Positions 50,963-60,737 of a stretch of 64,000 bases of DNA are shown piece after piece. The stretch is from an uncultured delta proteobacterium. Lineage in GTDB: Bacteria; Desulfobacterota; Binatia; UBA9968. Below the pieces are notes generated by a model, which worked only from the letters and a program-made list of their open reading frames with translations, was not told the DNA's origin and did not search any database. The position numbers were made by a program, and so were the translations under genes. Position 1 is the stretch's first letter. Every line of letters starts with the position of its first letter. The stretch is taken from positions 1 through 64,000 of the forward strand of contig CAVSLC010000028.1 of NCBI GenBank assembly GCA_963728565.1, in the 5' to 3' direction.

Positions 50963-52018
50963 ATGAATCAAAAGAACACTTTATCGAGGTCGATCGGATC
51001 CGCGACCTATATGTCGATGATCGCCTTGGTTCTCATTATCTGCGGTGCTTCTGCCGGTAAGCTCTTCGCGGCTGCTGCGGCGGATTCCTTCGATCAACTT
51101 TATGAGAAAGCAAAAAAGGAGGGAAAGATTACGCTCTATGCGCCACTATCCCCTAACGCAATGTCGGTGATTCCGCCTGCGTTCATGAAGCGCTTCCCCG
51201 GCGTGACCGTCGATCATATCGACGCCACGAGCGATAAGCTGATCGCACGAGTGCTCGCCGAGCAGAAGGGAGGACGCGTCATTGCCGACGTCATCAGCGG
51301 AGCGCTGAGCTATTTGCCACAGATCCTCGACCTTAAAATTGTCGAGCACGTCGTCATACCCGAGGCGGCGGCGTATCCGGCGCAGCTAAAAGGCGACCTT
51401 TGGGTTGCCACCGATATGCAATTCTACATTGCCGGATGGAACACCAATCTGGTCAAGAAAGGCGAGGAGCCAAAAGCCTACGAGGATCTCGCGAACCCTA
51501 AATGGAAAGATAGCATCATGGGCGAGCCGCGCGACTTCCAAGTGCTAGTCGGTTTTGCCAAACGAAAATACAACAGCGATGAAAAGGCGATCGATCTGTT
51601 TAGGAAAATCGCCGCCAATCAGGTGGAGTTTCATCGCGGGCATTCGCAGTTAACCGAGTTCCTCTTGGCCGGTCAGCGCGCCATCTGTTTTACTTGCTAC
51701 TCACACCATTTTCCTGCGCGCATAAAAAGAGGCGCCCCGATTCAACCGCTACTGACGGAAGGCGTGGGCGAAGTCGGCGGCTCCGTGATGGTAATGAAGG
51801 GAGCCCCGCATCCCAACGCCGCACTACTCTGGGTTCGCTGGGCCGTCAGTGAAGAAGGACAAAAGGTTTATGCTCAAGCGGGTGAGACTCCTGCTCATCC
51901 CAAAGTGGAACCTCTGGAAAAAATCCGGCCTACGACGCCTTACATGCTGACCATCGACGACGTCAGAGAGTTTCCGAGGTACGAGAAAACGTGGAAGGAA
52001 ATTTTTCAGATCCGTTGA
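50963..52018 (+). CDS. ABC substrate-binding protein (Fe-type)
   Basis: AKKEGK..LY, P..YEDL..PKWK, APHPNAA.L...W..S.EGQ. Confidence 0.85.
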   Translation: MNQKNTLSRSIGSATYMSMIALVLIICGASAGKLFAAAAADSFDQLYEKAKKEGKITLYAPLSPNAMSVIPPAFMKRFPGVTVDHIDATSDKLIARVLAEQKGGRVIADVISGALSYLPQILDLKIVEHVVIPEAAAYPAQLKGDLWVATDMQFYIAGWNTNLVKKGEEPKAYEDLANPKWKDSIMGEPRDFQVLVGFAKRKYNSDEKAIDLFRKIAANQVEFHRGHSQLTEFLLAGQRAICFTCYSHHFPARIKRGAPIQPLLTEGVGEVGGSVMVMKGAPHPNAALLWVRWAVSEEGQKVYAQAGETPAHPKVEPLEKIRPTTPYMLTIDDVREFPRYEKTWKEIFQIR

Positions 52019-52126
52019 ATTTCCGGAGCGGTCTCCCAGAGAAGCGGCCGCGGCAACGTAAGGCACCACTACAATGAAACCTATCGCCGGCTTGCGCCAG
52101 ATACTACCCGACCTCTGGAGGTGGGC

Positions 52127-53110
52127 ATGCTGCGCTTGACCTTGGCCGCGGGCCACTATGATCGGACAGAGGCGCTCCGCGACGGTCGGGTCCGGGCAGA
52201 GGGCATCGATTTGACCTACATCATGCTGCGCGTGGAAGAGATTTTCTGGCGCATGGCTCAGCACCGCGAGTTCGACGCCTCGGAGTTCTCGCTGGGCGGG
52301 TATGTAGTGCGCCGCGGTCGCGGCGCCGACGACCTCGTCGCAATCCCGGTTTTTCCGTCGCGCTTCTTCCGGCAGTCGTGCATCTTCGTCCACGAGGGCT
52401 CGGCAATCCGCAGCCCGGAGGACCTTCGTGGCAAGCGCGTTGGCGTACCCGAGTACCAGATGACCGCCGCGGTATGGGCGCGCGGCATCCTCGCAGACGA
52501 CTACGGGATGCGCGCGGCCGACGTTGAATGGGTGCAAGGCGGGCTCGAGGAGCCCGGTCGCCTTCCCTTTGAGCCCGCCGAGCCGCGGGGTGTTAACGTG
52601 GGCTTCGCGCCCGCGGACCGCTCGCTGGCACAGATGCTTGAGAGTGGAGAGATCGACGCGCTGATCACGGCAAGGACGCCCTCGACATTTCGGCGGGGTG
52701 GTACGGCGGTGCGGCGGCTCTTCGAGCACCCATTCGAGGTCGAGCGCGACTATTTCCGCCGGACCGGGATTTTTCCCATCATGCACACCTTGGTGGTCAA
52801 GAAAGAGGTCCTCGACGCCAACCCCTGGGTCGCGTTTACGCTGTTCAAGGCGTTGTCGGAAGCCAAGGAGCTGGCGATGGCCGACCTGACCCAGACAAGC
52901 GCGCTGCCACTCAGTCTACCGTTCCTGGTCGAGCACGCCTACCAGACCATGGACCTGATGGGCGAGGACTTCTGGCCCTACGGGCTTGAGAGCAATCGGC
53001 ACACCCTCGAAACGTTCGTGCGCTACATGCACGAGCAAGGACTCATTCCTGCGCCGATGTCGGTCGAAACCCTTTTCCCCGACAGCACGCAGCGGACGTT
53101 CAGGGTGTGA
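52127..53110 (+). CDS. 4,5-dihydroxyphthalate decarboxylase-like protein
   Basis: YDRT.AL.DG.V, EFD.SE.SL, IPVFPSR.FR, GVPEYQMTA.VW.RG, FPIMH, DFWPYG...N..TL. Confidence 0.8.
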   Translation: MLRLTLAAGHYDRTEALRDGRVRAEGIDLTYIMLRVEEIFWRMAQHREFDASEFSLGGYVVRRGRGADDLVAIPVFPSRFFRQSCIFVHEGSAIRSPEDLRGKRVGVPEYQMTAAVWARGILADDYGMRAADVEWVQGGLEEPGRLPFEPAEPRGVNVGFAPADRSLAQMLESGEIDALITARTPSTFRRGGTAVRRLFEHPFEVERDYFRRTGIFPIMHTLVVKKEVLDANPWVAFTLFKALSEAKELAMADLTQTSALPLSLPFLVEHAYQTMDLMGEDFWPYGLESNRHTLETFVRYMHEQGLIPAPMSVETLFPDSTQRTFRV

Positions 53111-53186
53111 CGCGAAGCGAAAAGCCAATCGAGGTCCGGCTTTGAAGTCTCTACCTGGCAATTATTCCAGCCGCCGACGCTTGCGC

Positions 53187-53616
53187 TTAACCGATTGCGA
53201 TCACACTAAGCTTGCAGCTTTGCGCCGCTGCGAGTTGCCTTTCGTCCGCGCTGATAAACGGCAAGGGCGTGGTCAAAGAATCCTGGATGATTATGGCAAA
53301 CGCGACATGGATGGCATCAAGGATCCGAACATTTGCGGTCTTAACCATCTTTTCCGCTTTGCTCAAAATTTGTCGAACGACTTCGACAATTGCCAGTATG
53401 AACGATCCTTGGCGAGCCGGGAAACGAGCGAATTGTAATTTGGTTGGGTAATTTCACGTTGCCGCCGCCGAGGTTGCGCGGCGGAATGGAGCTCGATCGC
53501 GGTGATTGCTGATGAGAGAAACTCGTGGCTCGTAAGCAAGCCGCGAACTCGCGATGATCCGGCTTCGCGGATGTAGTTTTGACGAGAGCGCTGGTGTCGA
53601 AATAAGCCAGGCTCAC
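53187..53616 (-). pseudogene. vapC: VapC/PIN toxin with at least two frameshifts
   Basis: YFDTSALVK | YIREAGS...E | ..R.LDAIH.A.A...F.SADERQ..AA spread over three frames. Confidence 0.75.
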
Positions 53617-53897
53617 CGCTGCTCGCGTTCTTCACTGATCATTTTCGAGATAGATTTGCCTTCGATAGTTACTGGGGCGCGCCACGCGGGCGTCGGCGTG
53701 CCGCTCTTGGGGCCACGCCTCAAGACTCCTTCAGTTTCCAGTTGGCGCAGGATGGAGTTCGTATCTTTCTCCGACTTTAGAGGCTTGATCACAGCGATGG
53801 GTTTGCCGCGTTCGGTCAAGACGACCTCTTTGCCCGCTTTAACGGCTTTAATCGCCTTGGAAAAACTCTGATTGGCTTCCCGTAATCCCATGCGCAT
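53613..53897 (-). CDS. Phd/YefM family antitoxin
   Basis: MG.RE....FS..I..V..G.EV..T.RGKPIA.I.P; overlaps the toxin start by 4 nt. Confidence 0.85.
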   Translation of the reverse strand: MRMGLREANQSFSKAIKAVKAGKEVVLTERGKPIAVIKPLKSEKDTNSILRQLETEGVLRRGPKSGTPTPAWRAPVTIEGKSISKMISEEREQR

Positions 53898-53922
53898 GGC
53901 CGCCCTCAGTCGTAAGTAGTGA

Positions 53923-53958
53923 TGTAACTACAATAATGGGGTCGGGCAAAATCGTCAA
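53923..53958 (-). promoter_or_regulatory. TA promoter with overlapping operator
   Basis: TTGACG-17-TATTGT; imperfect palindrome TGTAGTTACA. Confidence 0.55.
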
Positions 53959-54180
53959 ACAATGGATGGCGTTCACGGTGGTTGAGGCGTTCTCTGAAGC
54001 AAAGCATTCGGCGATGGCCGAGCTGACGTAGCGGTTGACGATTTGGCACACGGCCGAATCCCCGGCCGCGTAATCATCACATCCGCTAAACCGCATCGCA
54101 CGAATCGTTGGCTACAGTTTAGTGCCATGATTCGCGTGCAAGACCCGATCGGCGTCCGCCCCTTCGCTCACCCTCTGGCC

Positions 54181-55329
54181 TTACTCATTACTAACAGTGA
54201 GCCCGTAAAAACGCGCTGTGTTATCGACGAGCAGCTTTCGCTTGCTCGCCTGGCTGATATCTTCCCGCTCGAGAAAGACATCGACCGCGCCGTAGAGCCG
54301 ATCGCCGTGCGGGATGTCGGAGCCGTACACCCAGCACTGGTCGCCGAACTCTTCGATGGCGAAGGGCAGGAGTTTTTCGTCAACCTCGAAGCCAAAGTAA
54401 ATCTGGCCGCGCTCGATGTATTCTTTGGGGAGATGCTTACCGGTATAGCCGCGGTGAAAATCGACTCCGGCACGCGCGCCGGGAAAGCCGCTGTATTCTT
54501 CTATACGCTCCGCCAGCGCCGGGACCCAGGAGCAACCCGCTTCGAGAAACGCAATCCGCAAATTCGGATAGCGATCGGCGATCCCTTTCGAGATCACGCG
54601 GTGAAAGGCGAACTGCACGGTCAGCCAAAAGGAGATTGCCGTCTTGTCGTGGTGCGTGTCGTTCACCTCGCCCAGCGCGCGAAAGCTGTGTCCGGTATGC
54701 ACCGCTACCGGAAGCTCGTTGTCGTTGGCAGCGGCCCAGATCGGCTCCATCGGCGGATCGTCGATGCGCACGTCGCCGGTAACGCCGAGCAGCATCACGG
54801 CCACCGCTCCCAGCTCCTTGCCGCGCTCGATTTCGCGAACCGATGCCTGCGGATCGACCGGATCGATTATCGTGACCCACTTTAAACGGTCGGGACATTG
54901 GCTGGCGAGATCGGCCACCCAGCTGTTGTAGGCGCGCATCATCGCCACCGCCAGCTGCCGATCATAGGTGATTGGATAGGAGAGAAACATCGTCGGATAG
55001 ATCACCTGAACTGCGGTATTCTCCCGATCCAATTGTTCAAGACGAGCTTTGACCGAGCGCATCTCAGCGCTTTCGACCGGATCATAAGGACTGATCCCCG
55101 GAGTGACTTTCGCCGCCAGGCCGTTCTTGCTCAATGGAAAGCCGGCCTGCTGGTAAGGCCCGCTGCGCACGGGAAAGGAGCGGGTATCGATCATCCAGTA
55201 GAGCGGGCCGTCCGGGCCGGTCTCGATGATGGTGGGTCTTCGGTCCTTCAGTTTAGGGTCCCAGTATTTGTCCGAAAACGTGACCTCCGATTCCGATACA
55301 TGTCCATCCGCGTCCCACGCCTTAATCAT
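54181..55329 (-). CDS. Amidohydrolase family protein (Amidohydro_2)
   Basis: DADGH..E, V.YPT, AYN.W, VH, FLEAGC.WVP, GSD.PH.D. Confidence 0.9.
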   Translation of the reverse strand: MIKAWDADGHVSESEVTFSDKYWDPKLKDRRPTIIETGPDGPLYWMIDTRSFPVRSGPYQQAGFPLSKNGLAAKVTPGISPYDPVESAEMRSVKARLEQLDRENTAVQVIYPTMFLSYPITYDRQLAVAMMRAYNSWVADLASQCPDRLKWVTIIDPVDPQASVREIERGKELGAVAVMLLGVTGDVRIDDPPMEPIWAAANDNELPVAVHTGHSFRALGEVNDTHHDKTAISFWLTVQFAFHRVISKGIADRYPNLRIAFLEAGCSWVPALAERIEEYSGFPGARAGVDFHRGYTGKHLPKEYIERGQIYFGFEVDEKLLPFAIEEFGDQCWVYGSDIPHGDRLYGAVDVFLEREDISQASKRKLLVDNTARFYGLTVSNE

Positions 55330-56578
55330 GTGTGCGCCTCTTCATCCAAAATTGATCCTCCCATTCACTGCAGAAACATTTCTATGCTAGCTGTACAACC
55401 CGCGCCCGTTTGGCTCAAGCTTTCCGAAGTGACAAGATTCGCGATGATATCACTACACCTGGTTGACCGCCCGCCGCTCCAGAAGCTGTTTCCAACAGCA
55501 ACGCTATGCGTAGTATCGCGAGCGGAATGAACGATGCTTGAATCATTCACCTCGAGCGTCTTTCCGGTTCGAGCACGGCAATTTCTCGAATTAACAACGT
55601 AGGATACCAAAGACATCGCTTAATCGCTTAGAAGTTGATTCAAGGCTGAACAGCGTTGGCTAAGTAAAAAGATGCCGCGAGCAAACCGTCATTCTCTCCC
55701 TAAGCGTTGACACTATCGCTCGTCAATACAGAGGCAGTTCCAGTTGTTCCAAATGTTCCAATTCTTGTAGTCCTTCAATGGTTGCGCTCGATTCAAGCCG
55801 TTGAAGGGATCGAGAATCCATTCTTCAGCAGCGATCGCCGTTGGGAATTTGGCGTTGGGTCGAGCCGTAAAAACCAGTCCCGGCAGCAAAGCGGCGTATC
55901 GCGCAATTGAACAGATCGATGGAGCGTATGCAATGTGGGGACACGATGAGGCTCACGATCTGACTTATCACCGAAAGTGAGCCGCTAGACTAGAAAACAC
56001 TGTATGGTGGGACTAAAATGGCCGCAACTGCCGAGACATAGCGCGCGCCGGGTAAGGTCGTGTTCCCGCCGAAGGCTGAAGCATCTACAAACCGAGGCTG
56101 TCGAATTCTCTAACCTGTCAAAGAAGAAACGCACCCAAATTGACGCTCACCCGCACGGAGATGAGAACTATGTGTGTCTCAAACCTGAGCTTCTGACTCG
56201 GGTCCAGTTCACTCAGTGACTCCGGAGGCACTCACGGGACTCGAAGTTTTGCGGCGTTTGTGAGATAGGAGCCTCACGAGCTGGCGGGTATGATTAATTG
56301 TGGCTGAAAAAGCTGGAGTCAATAAAGCGAACCCCTTCGGAAACCTCTTTCAGAGTTCAGGCCTCCTGCAGTAGGCGCGATTCGTTTGATAGCTCCATTA
56401 GATCACCAAACTTAGCGAATTTAGATCTCGGCCCATCTTCACTGCGAAACAGGAGATATAGACTGCTACCGAGCAAAGATTCGCGTCCTCATCATACACA
56501 CCGAACTCGTCTTCAAGTTCCTTACCATACACCTTCAAACTCTATGAGCGGGAATCTCCACAAGTCACGACGAGGTTC

Positions 56579-56929
56579 CTACGATAAGGTCAGGAATCCG
56601 CGTTGCTGTACGTCTTCAGCCTTTGCCGGCTGCCGGTTCGCGATCTCATTAGCCATGCTGGCAAAGAAGATCGCGAAGAAGATCAGAACATTGACTAGTA
56701 TCAGCCCTCTGGCGACATAGCCCCAGATAAGATGCCTAACATTGAAGGCGCATCTCCAGACGCCATACAGTGACCAAAGGAAGGGGATCAGCAAAATGAG
56801 AAGCAGCTGCTCGCCTCCGGCCCCAGCTTTGTCAGCTAGTTTGATCGCAAAAGCAATTGGAAAGAAAATAAACCAGTAGGTCATGAACAAACTCGCCTTG
56901 CCGGTCGAAACTTTCGAAATGATATTCAT
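56579..56929 (-). CDS. Small membrane hypothetical protein
   Basis: SD GGAG; three hydrophobic segments, G...L..TYW and GVWRCA.N pattern. Confidence 0.55.
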   Translation of the reverse strand: MNIISKVSTGKASLFMTYWFIFFPIAFAIKLADKAGAGGEQLLLILLIPFLWSLYGVWRCAFNVRHLIWGYVARGLILVNVLIFFAIFFASMANEIANRQPAKAEDVQQRGFLTLS

Positions 56930-57559
56930 GTTGTATCTCCTATGGGAGCATTATCGTTGAGCCTGTCGCTCGGTTCATTAGAGCACTGAGCATGCCCGTT
57001 ACGTTTGTTGATATTTGTCTAAGAGCGCTCCCTCTCTTCATCAATACCGCCGACGAGTAAACCCGATGAGCGAGATCGCTCTGAGTTTGCAGGCAAAGGT
57101 GCCGTTCGCGCCTCCAGCGATAAAACTCCCACATTTTCCGAATTTCTCCAGGGTATTGGCTGCCCGATTGCGAGATAGCTCTCGCCTCTACGAACCACGA
57201 CGATAGATCTCAGCTTGTAACTACATCAGGATTTCATCGATGAGGGCACCGCTTTCTTCATGATAGTCAAGTTGGGAAACAATCGTCTGCCCAACTGTTC
57301 CAAGCCCCCCGGTGCGTCCAATCGATAAGACAAGGAGATCTTGCCAGTTACACATCGGCAAAGGGAACCAATCTTGTTCGTCTCGTGTTCATTAAGTACG
57401 AGCCGAAACGCGACAATGACCTCCCGTGTCAATCGAAGTGACGGTTTTGACATCGGTTTGTCATGGTCTGAAAATAGCAGTAATTTCGCAATTCTTGCAG
57501 CGTTTCATCATTTTACAGTAGACAAACAGCAATGTTTGAAAACTGAAGGGAGTCGATAG

Positions 57560-58063
57560 ATGCTAGCAGGTTTATACCCGCTGCATGTTGCGCGGAATCC
57601 TTTGCCTAAGTTGCTCCGTTCCTCAGGCCAAGCTGCTGTCGAGTTTACCCTCACATTCCTAATTCTACTGATCGTGGCCTGGATACCGGCAGATTTTGGG
57701 CTTGCGTTCTATACTGGGCAGCTTGCTCAGAACGCGGCACGTGAAGGCGCGAGAATTGCCGCAGCCGATCCGACACTCGTAAGCGGAACGGCAAGCTGCG
57801 TCATGCCTTCTTGTACGGAGAATATCTTCAAGGAAACGGCAGCCAGGCTTTCCTCAGCGCTCCTTCCGGCCGCGACGATCACCCTGGATTTAGATCCTAA
57901 TACCGGCACAAACTGTAACCGCATGGTGACGGTCACGGTATCCGGGACTTACAATTTTTTCTTCTATAAGCTCCTACGGTGGTTCGGGGCTTCAGGAAAT
58001 CTAAGCGATACACCAATAACCCGTCAAACGCGTATGCGGTGGGAGGCTCAGGCGGGGTGCTAA
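57560..58063 (+). CDS. tadE: TadE-family pseudopilin
   Basis: GQAAVEF prepilin site with E+5, TM, DFG, AAREGAR. Confidence 0.85.
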   Translation: MLAGLYPLHVARNPLPKLLRSSGQAAVEFTLTFLILLIVAWIPADFGLAFYTGQLAQNAAREGARIAAADPTLVSGTASCVMPSCTENIFKETAARLSSALLPAATITLDLDPNTGTNCNRMVTVTVSGTYNFFFYKLLRWFGASGNLSDTPITRQTRMRWEAQAGC

Positions 58064-58106
58064 TCTGGGCTGCCAATGATCGGTCCGCACAGATAGGAGG
58101 TAAATC

Positions 58107-58625
58107 ATGAACTCAGTCGGCGAAACCAAAGTGCAGCGAAACAATGAAAGCGGTCAGAGCATCGTCGAGATCGCGCTCATAATTCCGCTTATACTCATTG
58201 CGCTTTATATCCCCGTTGACTTCGGCATTTCTTTTTTCGTAGCGAATCTTACGCAGACTGCGGCTCGGGAGGGAGCACGAGTTGGTAGCGGACTTCAAAA
58301 AAGTGGGGCGAGTACAAACCTAGTCTTCAGTTCCGCAGAAGCAAATACCGTGAAAACAGAGGTTCTGAGCCGATTACCGAGCTATCTAACGAACAAAACC
58401 GTGACGGTGACTTTTTACAGAGGCACGGGCTGTATGGAATTTCTCGAGGTGACGGCACAAGGTCAGTATAACTTTTTCATGTATCAGCTATTAAGGTTGT
58501 TTGGCGGTGACGCTCCTGACTCCGCAATCATCTCGCGAACCACGCAGATGCACTACAAGTATCAGCCCTACGTGAATAACAATTACTGTACTAATGCGAC
58601 CACGTTCGGACCATATTCTGCCTAA
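58107..58625 (+). CDS. tadE: TadE/TadF-family pseudopilin
   Basis: GQSIVEIAL..P, DFG, AAREGAR. SD AGGAGG. Confidence 0.85.
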   Translation: MNSVGETKVQRNNESGQSIVEIALIIPLILIALYIPVDFGISFFVANLTQTAAREGARVGSGLQKSGASTNLVFSSAEANTVKTEVLSRLPSYLTNKTVTVTFYRGTGCMEFLEVTAQGQYNFFMYQLLRLFGGDAPDSAIISRTTQMHYKYQPYVNNNYCTNATTFGPYSA

Positions 58626-58638
58626 TTAGGGAGGTGCG

Positions 58639-59658
58639 ATGCAGACTGTAGAGAATGAACGAGGTTATGCGATTATTTTCGTAACCGTCATGATTGTTCT
58701 GCTCCTGATCATGATCGGCATGGCGTTAGATAGCGGGCACCTCGCATACGTCAGATCACAGGGGCAGCCGGCAGTGGATGCGGCGGCTCTGGCGGCGGCT
58801 TCCGCAATACCAAGCGGAAATTGGTCAACCGTTACTAATCGGGCGGCCAAGTTTAATCCGGGCGGGAGTAATCCTGGTACCGGCAACAATTATCTAGACA
58901 GTCCTAATAATGCGATTGATCAGCAAAACGTGACGCTGGTGAAGTATGACAATGCGACTGGGGAATTTACCACCTCCGGGGTCAGCATCGCTAATGCTAA
59001 TGGAGCGCGCGTCGCGTTGGAAAACAAGAACCCTCACGGCGGCTCTGCGGGAGAAGCGATGAAGTCTCCATTGTTCTTGACGCCTCTGCTCAATCTATTC
59101 GGTCAAACCACAGAAGGCACTGCTAACGTGAGCGTCAGCGCGGTTGCTGTCAACCAGGCCCTTCCAGCACTACCAATTGTCGTCGTGGAAAGTGCCTGCG
59201 GTATGGATACAACGCTTGACTTACGGACGGGAGGTAAAGGAAATGCCGGCTGGGAAACTTACCAAATTGAGAACGCAAGCACAGATGAGGTCCGTGCCCT
59301 ATTTGAGAAGCTGCCCCAGTGCGCCGGCCAGCCGGCGATCGATGTCGGCTACTGTGGAAATATCGCCAATGGGGTGAACGCAACGATCTTTAATGAGCAC
59401 CTAAAGCCTATGTTCAAAGCTGACCCCAACCGGTGTTACTTAATTCCAGTAATCAAGAATGGCGGCAACTTGAACCAGTGCCAGATGATCACAGATTGGG
59501 CACGTTTCTGCCCCGATAAGGGGAATAACACAGCAGACGCATTCCCCGGGCAGGGTCAGCTCAAGGGCAGAGTTACTTGCGGCCAGAGTGTTCACGAGTC
59601 ACGGGATAGCCAATGTTTTGTTCAACGCCTGGTGCGAGATAAAACGTCAGGTATGTAA
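58639..59658 (+). CDS. tadG: TadG-like Flp pilus-associated protein
   Basis: ERG + TM, G.A.D.G, Q.A.DAAALAAA; Cys-rich C-terminal domain. Confidence 0.75.
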   Translation: MQTVENERGYAIIFVTVMIVLLLIMIGMALDSGHLAYVRSQGQPAVDAAALAAASAIPSGNWSTVTNRAAKFNPGGSNPGTGNNYLDSPNNAIDQQNVTLVKYDNATGEFTTSGVSIANANGARVALENKNPHGGSAGEAMKSPLFLTPLLNLFGQTTEGTANVSVSAVAVNQALPALPIVVVESACGMDTTLDLRTGGKGNAGWETYQIENASTDEVRALFEKLPQCAGQPAIDVGYCGNIANGVNATIFNEHLKPMFKADPNRCYLIPVIKNGGNLNQCQMITDWARFCPDKGNNTADAFPGQGQLKGRVTCGQSVHESRDSQCFVQRLVRDKTSGM

Positions 59659-59690
59659 GGATTCACGGGCGATTGTGGTCGGGGGTCACT

Positions 59691-60222
59691 CATTAAAAGC
59701 TTGTCAAGCTCTCGTTTAGATGTACCTCTTCACGGGAGGCGTGGGGTTAGTCTAATCACCCACACTGCCGTTGTTTGCGACCAGAGTTCTGTTCGGTCTC
59801 GGTCGACAATTCGGTCAGTCACTCATCCGTGCTCTTCGGCACATTATTGAATTCGACTCTGGTCTCCTAATCAAATCTTCGGATCTCCGGTTTAGGCCGG
59901 GACCATGACCCCAGGAGGATGACCAGAGACGTCGGTAACTTTTTTTCGCCCAGGTACAGCCATAAGTCGTTGCCGAGGTCTGTGACGCTTAAACGACTCA
60001 CTTCGCTTTAGCATGGCGTAAATGACATCGAAAAATAACTTTCCAACGCCGCTTGAGTCACAGGTACAGTAACCTTGCTGGTTGTCTTTCCCTGTCGATC
60101 TTTCTTTACCACCACGGCCTTGCGCTTCCTCAGGTCCACTCCTACATACTCTTTCATGCTGCACCTCCTTTAGGCTTAGGCGACTCCTCACAGAATCAGC
60201 CTGGTATAATGTTGGTCCATTA
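59691..60222 (-). mobile_element. Internally deleted IS110-family element (mini-IS110)
   Basis: SD AAGGAGG + MKEYVGVDL (DEDD N-terminus, ATG 60157) fused out of frame to a C-terminal KL..DVIYAMLK..E.F (stop 59892). CATTA at both ends. TTGACA in the right end and CATTAT in the left end. Confidence 0.8.
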
Positions 60223-60302
60223 GAGATCGTCACCGCCCATTTGCGAGGTGCAGCTCACATCCCTAGCTTTTCATTTAATCAAGTCTTGCGGTGCCACCCT
60301 GT

Positions 60303-60680
60303 TCAAGTTGTTTGCTCGATCTGTTTGAGTCTGCGGCTCACCGTTTCATCGTGAACGCGCGAATGCGCGGCAATCTCATCAAGCCCGTACCTACGATCGT
60401 ATGCCTCGGCTATCGCTCTGTTTCCGCTTTGCAAATATCCGCGCCAGCGTCGGCTTGGCAGCTCTTAACTGTACCGCGGAAATTCTTTAAGATTCCGATT
60501 CGGAGCTGCGTGCTTCTCGATAATGATTCGCTCCCTAAATAGATCTCCCTTTTAGCTCTTCCTATGGCCGCCGCGCCGCTCCGTCTCTGACGAGTTCCGG
60601 GACTGCTTCCTCCGCTTGTGCCGTCACTTGCCGAATTGCGCGAGGATCCGATCGGTGCTTAGAATTCTTCCCGGGCCACT
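60303..60680 (-). pseudogene. Remnant of the C-terminal half of a RAYT-like (Y1 + HTH) transposase
   Basis: Across frameshifts and stops: EF.STD.ILAQFGK, VRDG..RRP*EELKG.IYLGSES, AIAEAY...YGLDEIAAH..VH.ETVSRRLK. Confidence 0.65.
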
Positions 60681-60737
60681 CAGCGGTCTCTCTGTAACTG
60701 CTCCATTTCCAACTCTGAGGCTCCATATTCCACTCTC

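Noticed and set aside
28911-54885. Long antisense ORFs (28911-29867, 49867-50715, 51824-52786, 54043-54885)
   Set aside because: They mirror well-supported genes on the other strand, as expected at high GC; no motifs.
55930-56300. Possible att site or tRNA-Arg remnant (CCGAAGGCTGA) with CTCAC/GTGAG motifs
   Set aside because: Too degenerate; no integrase or duplicated partner in the window.
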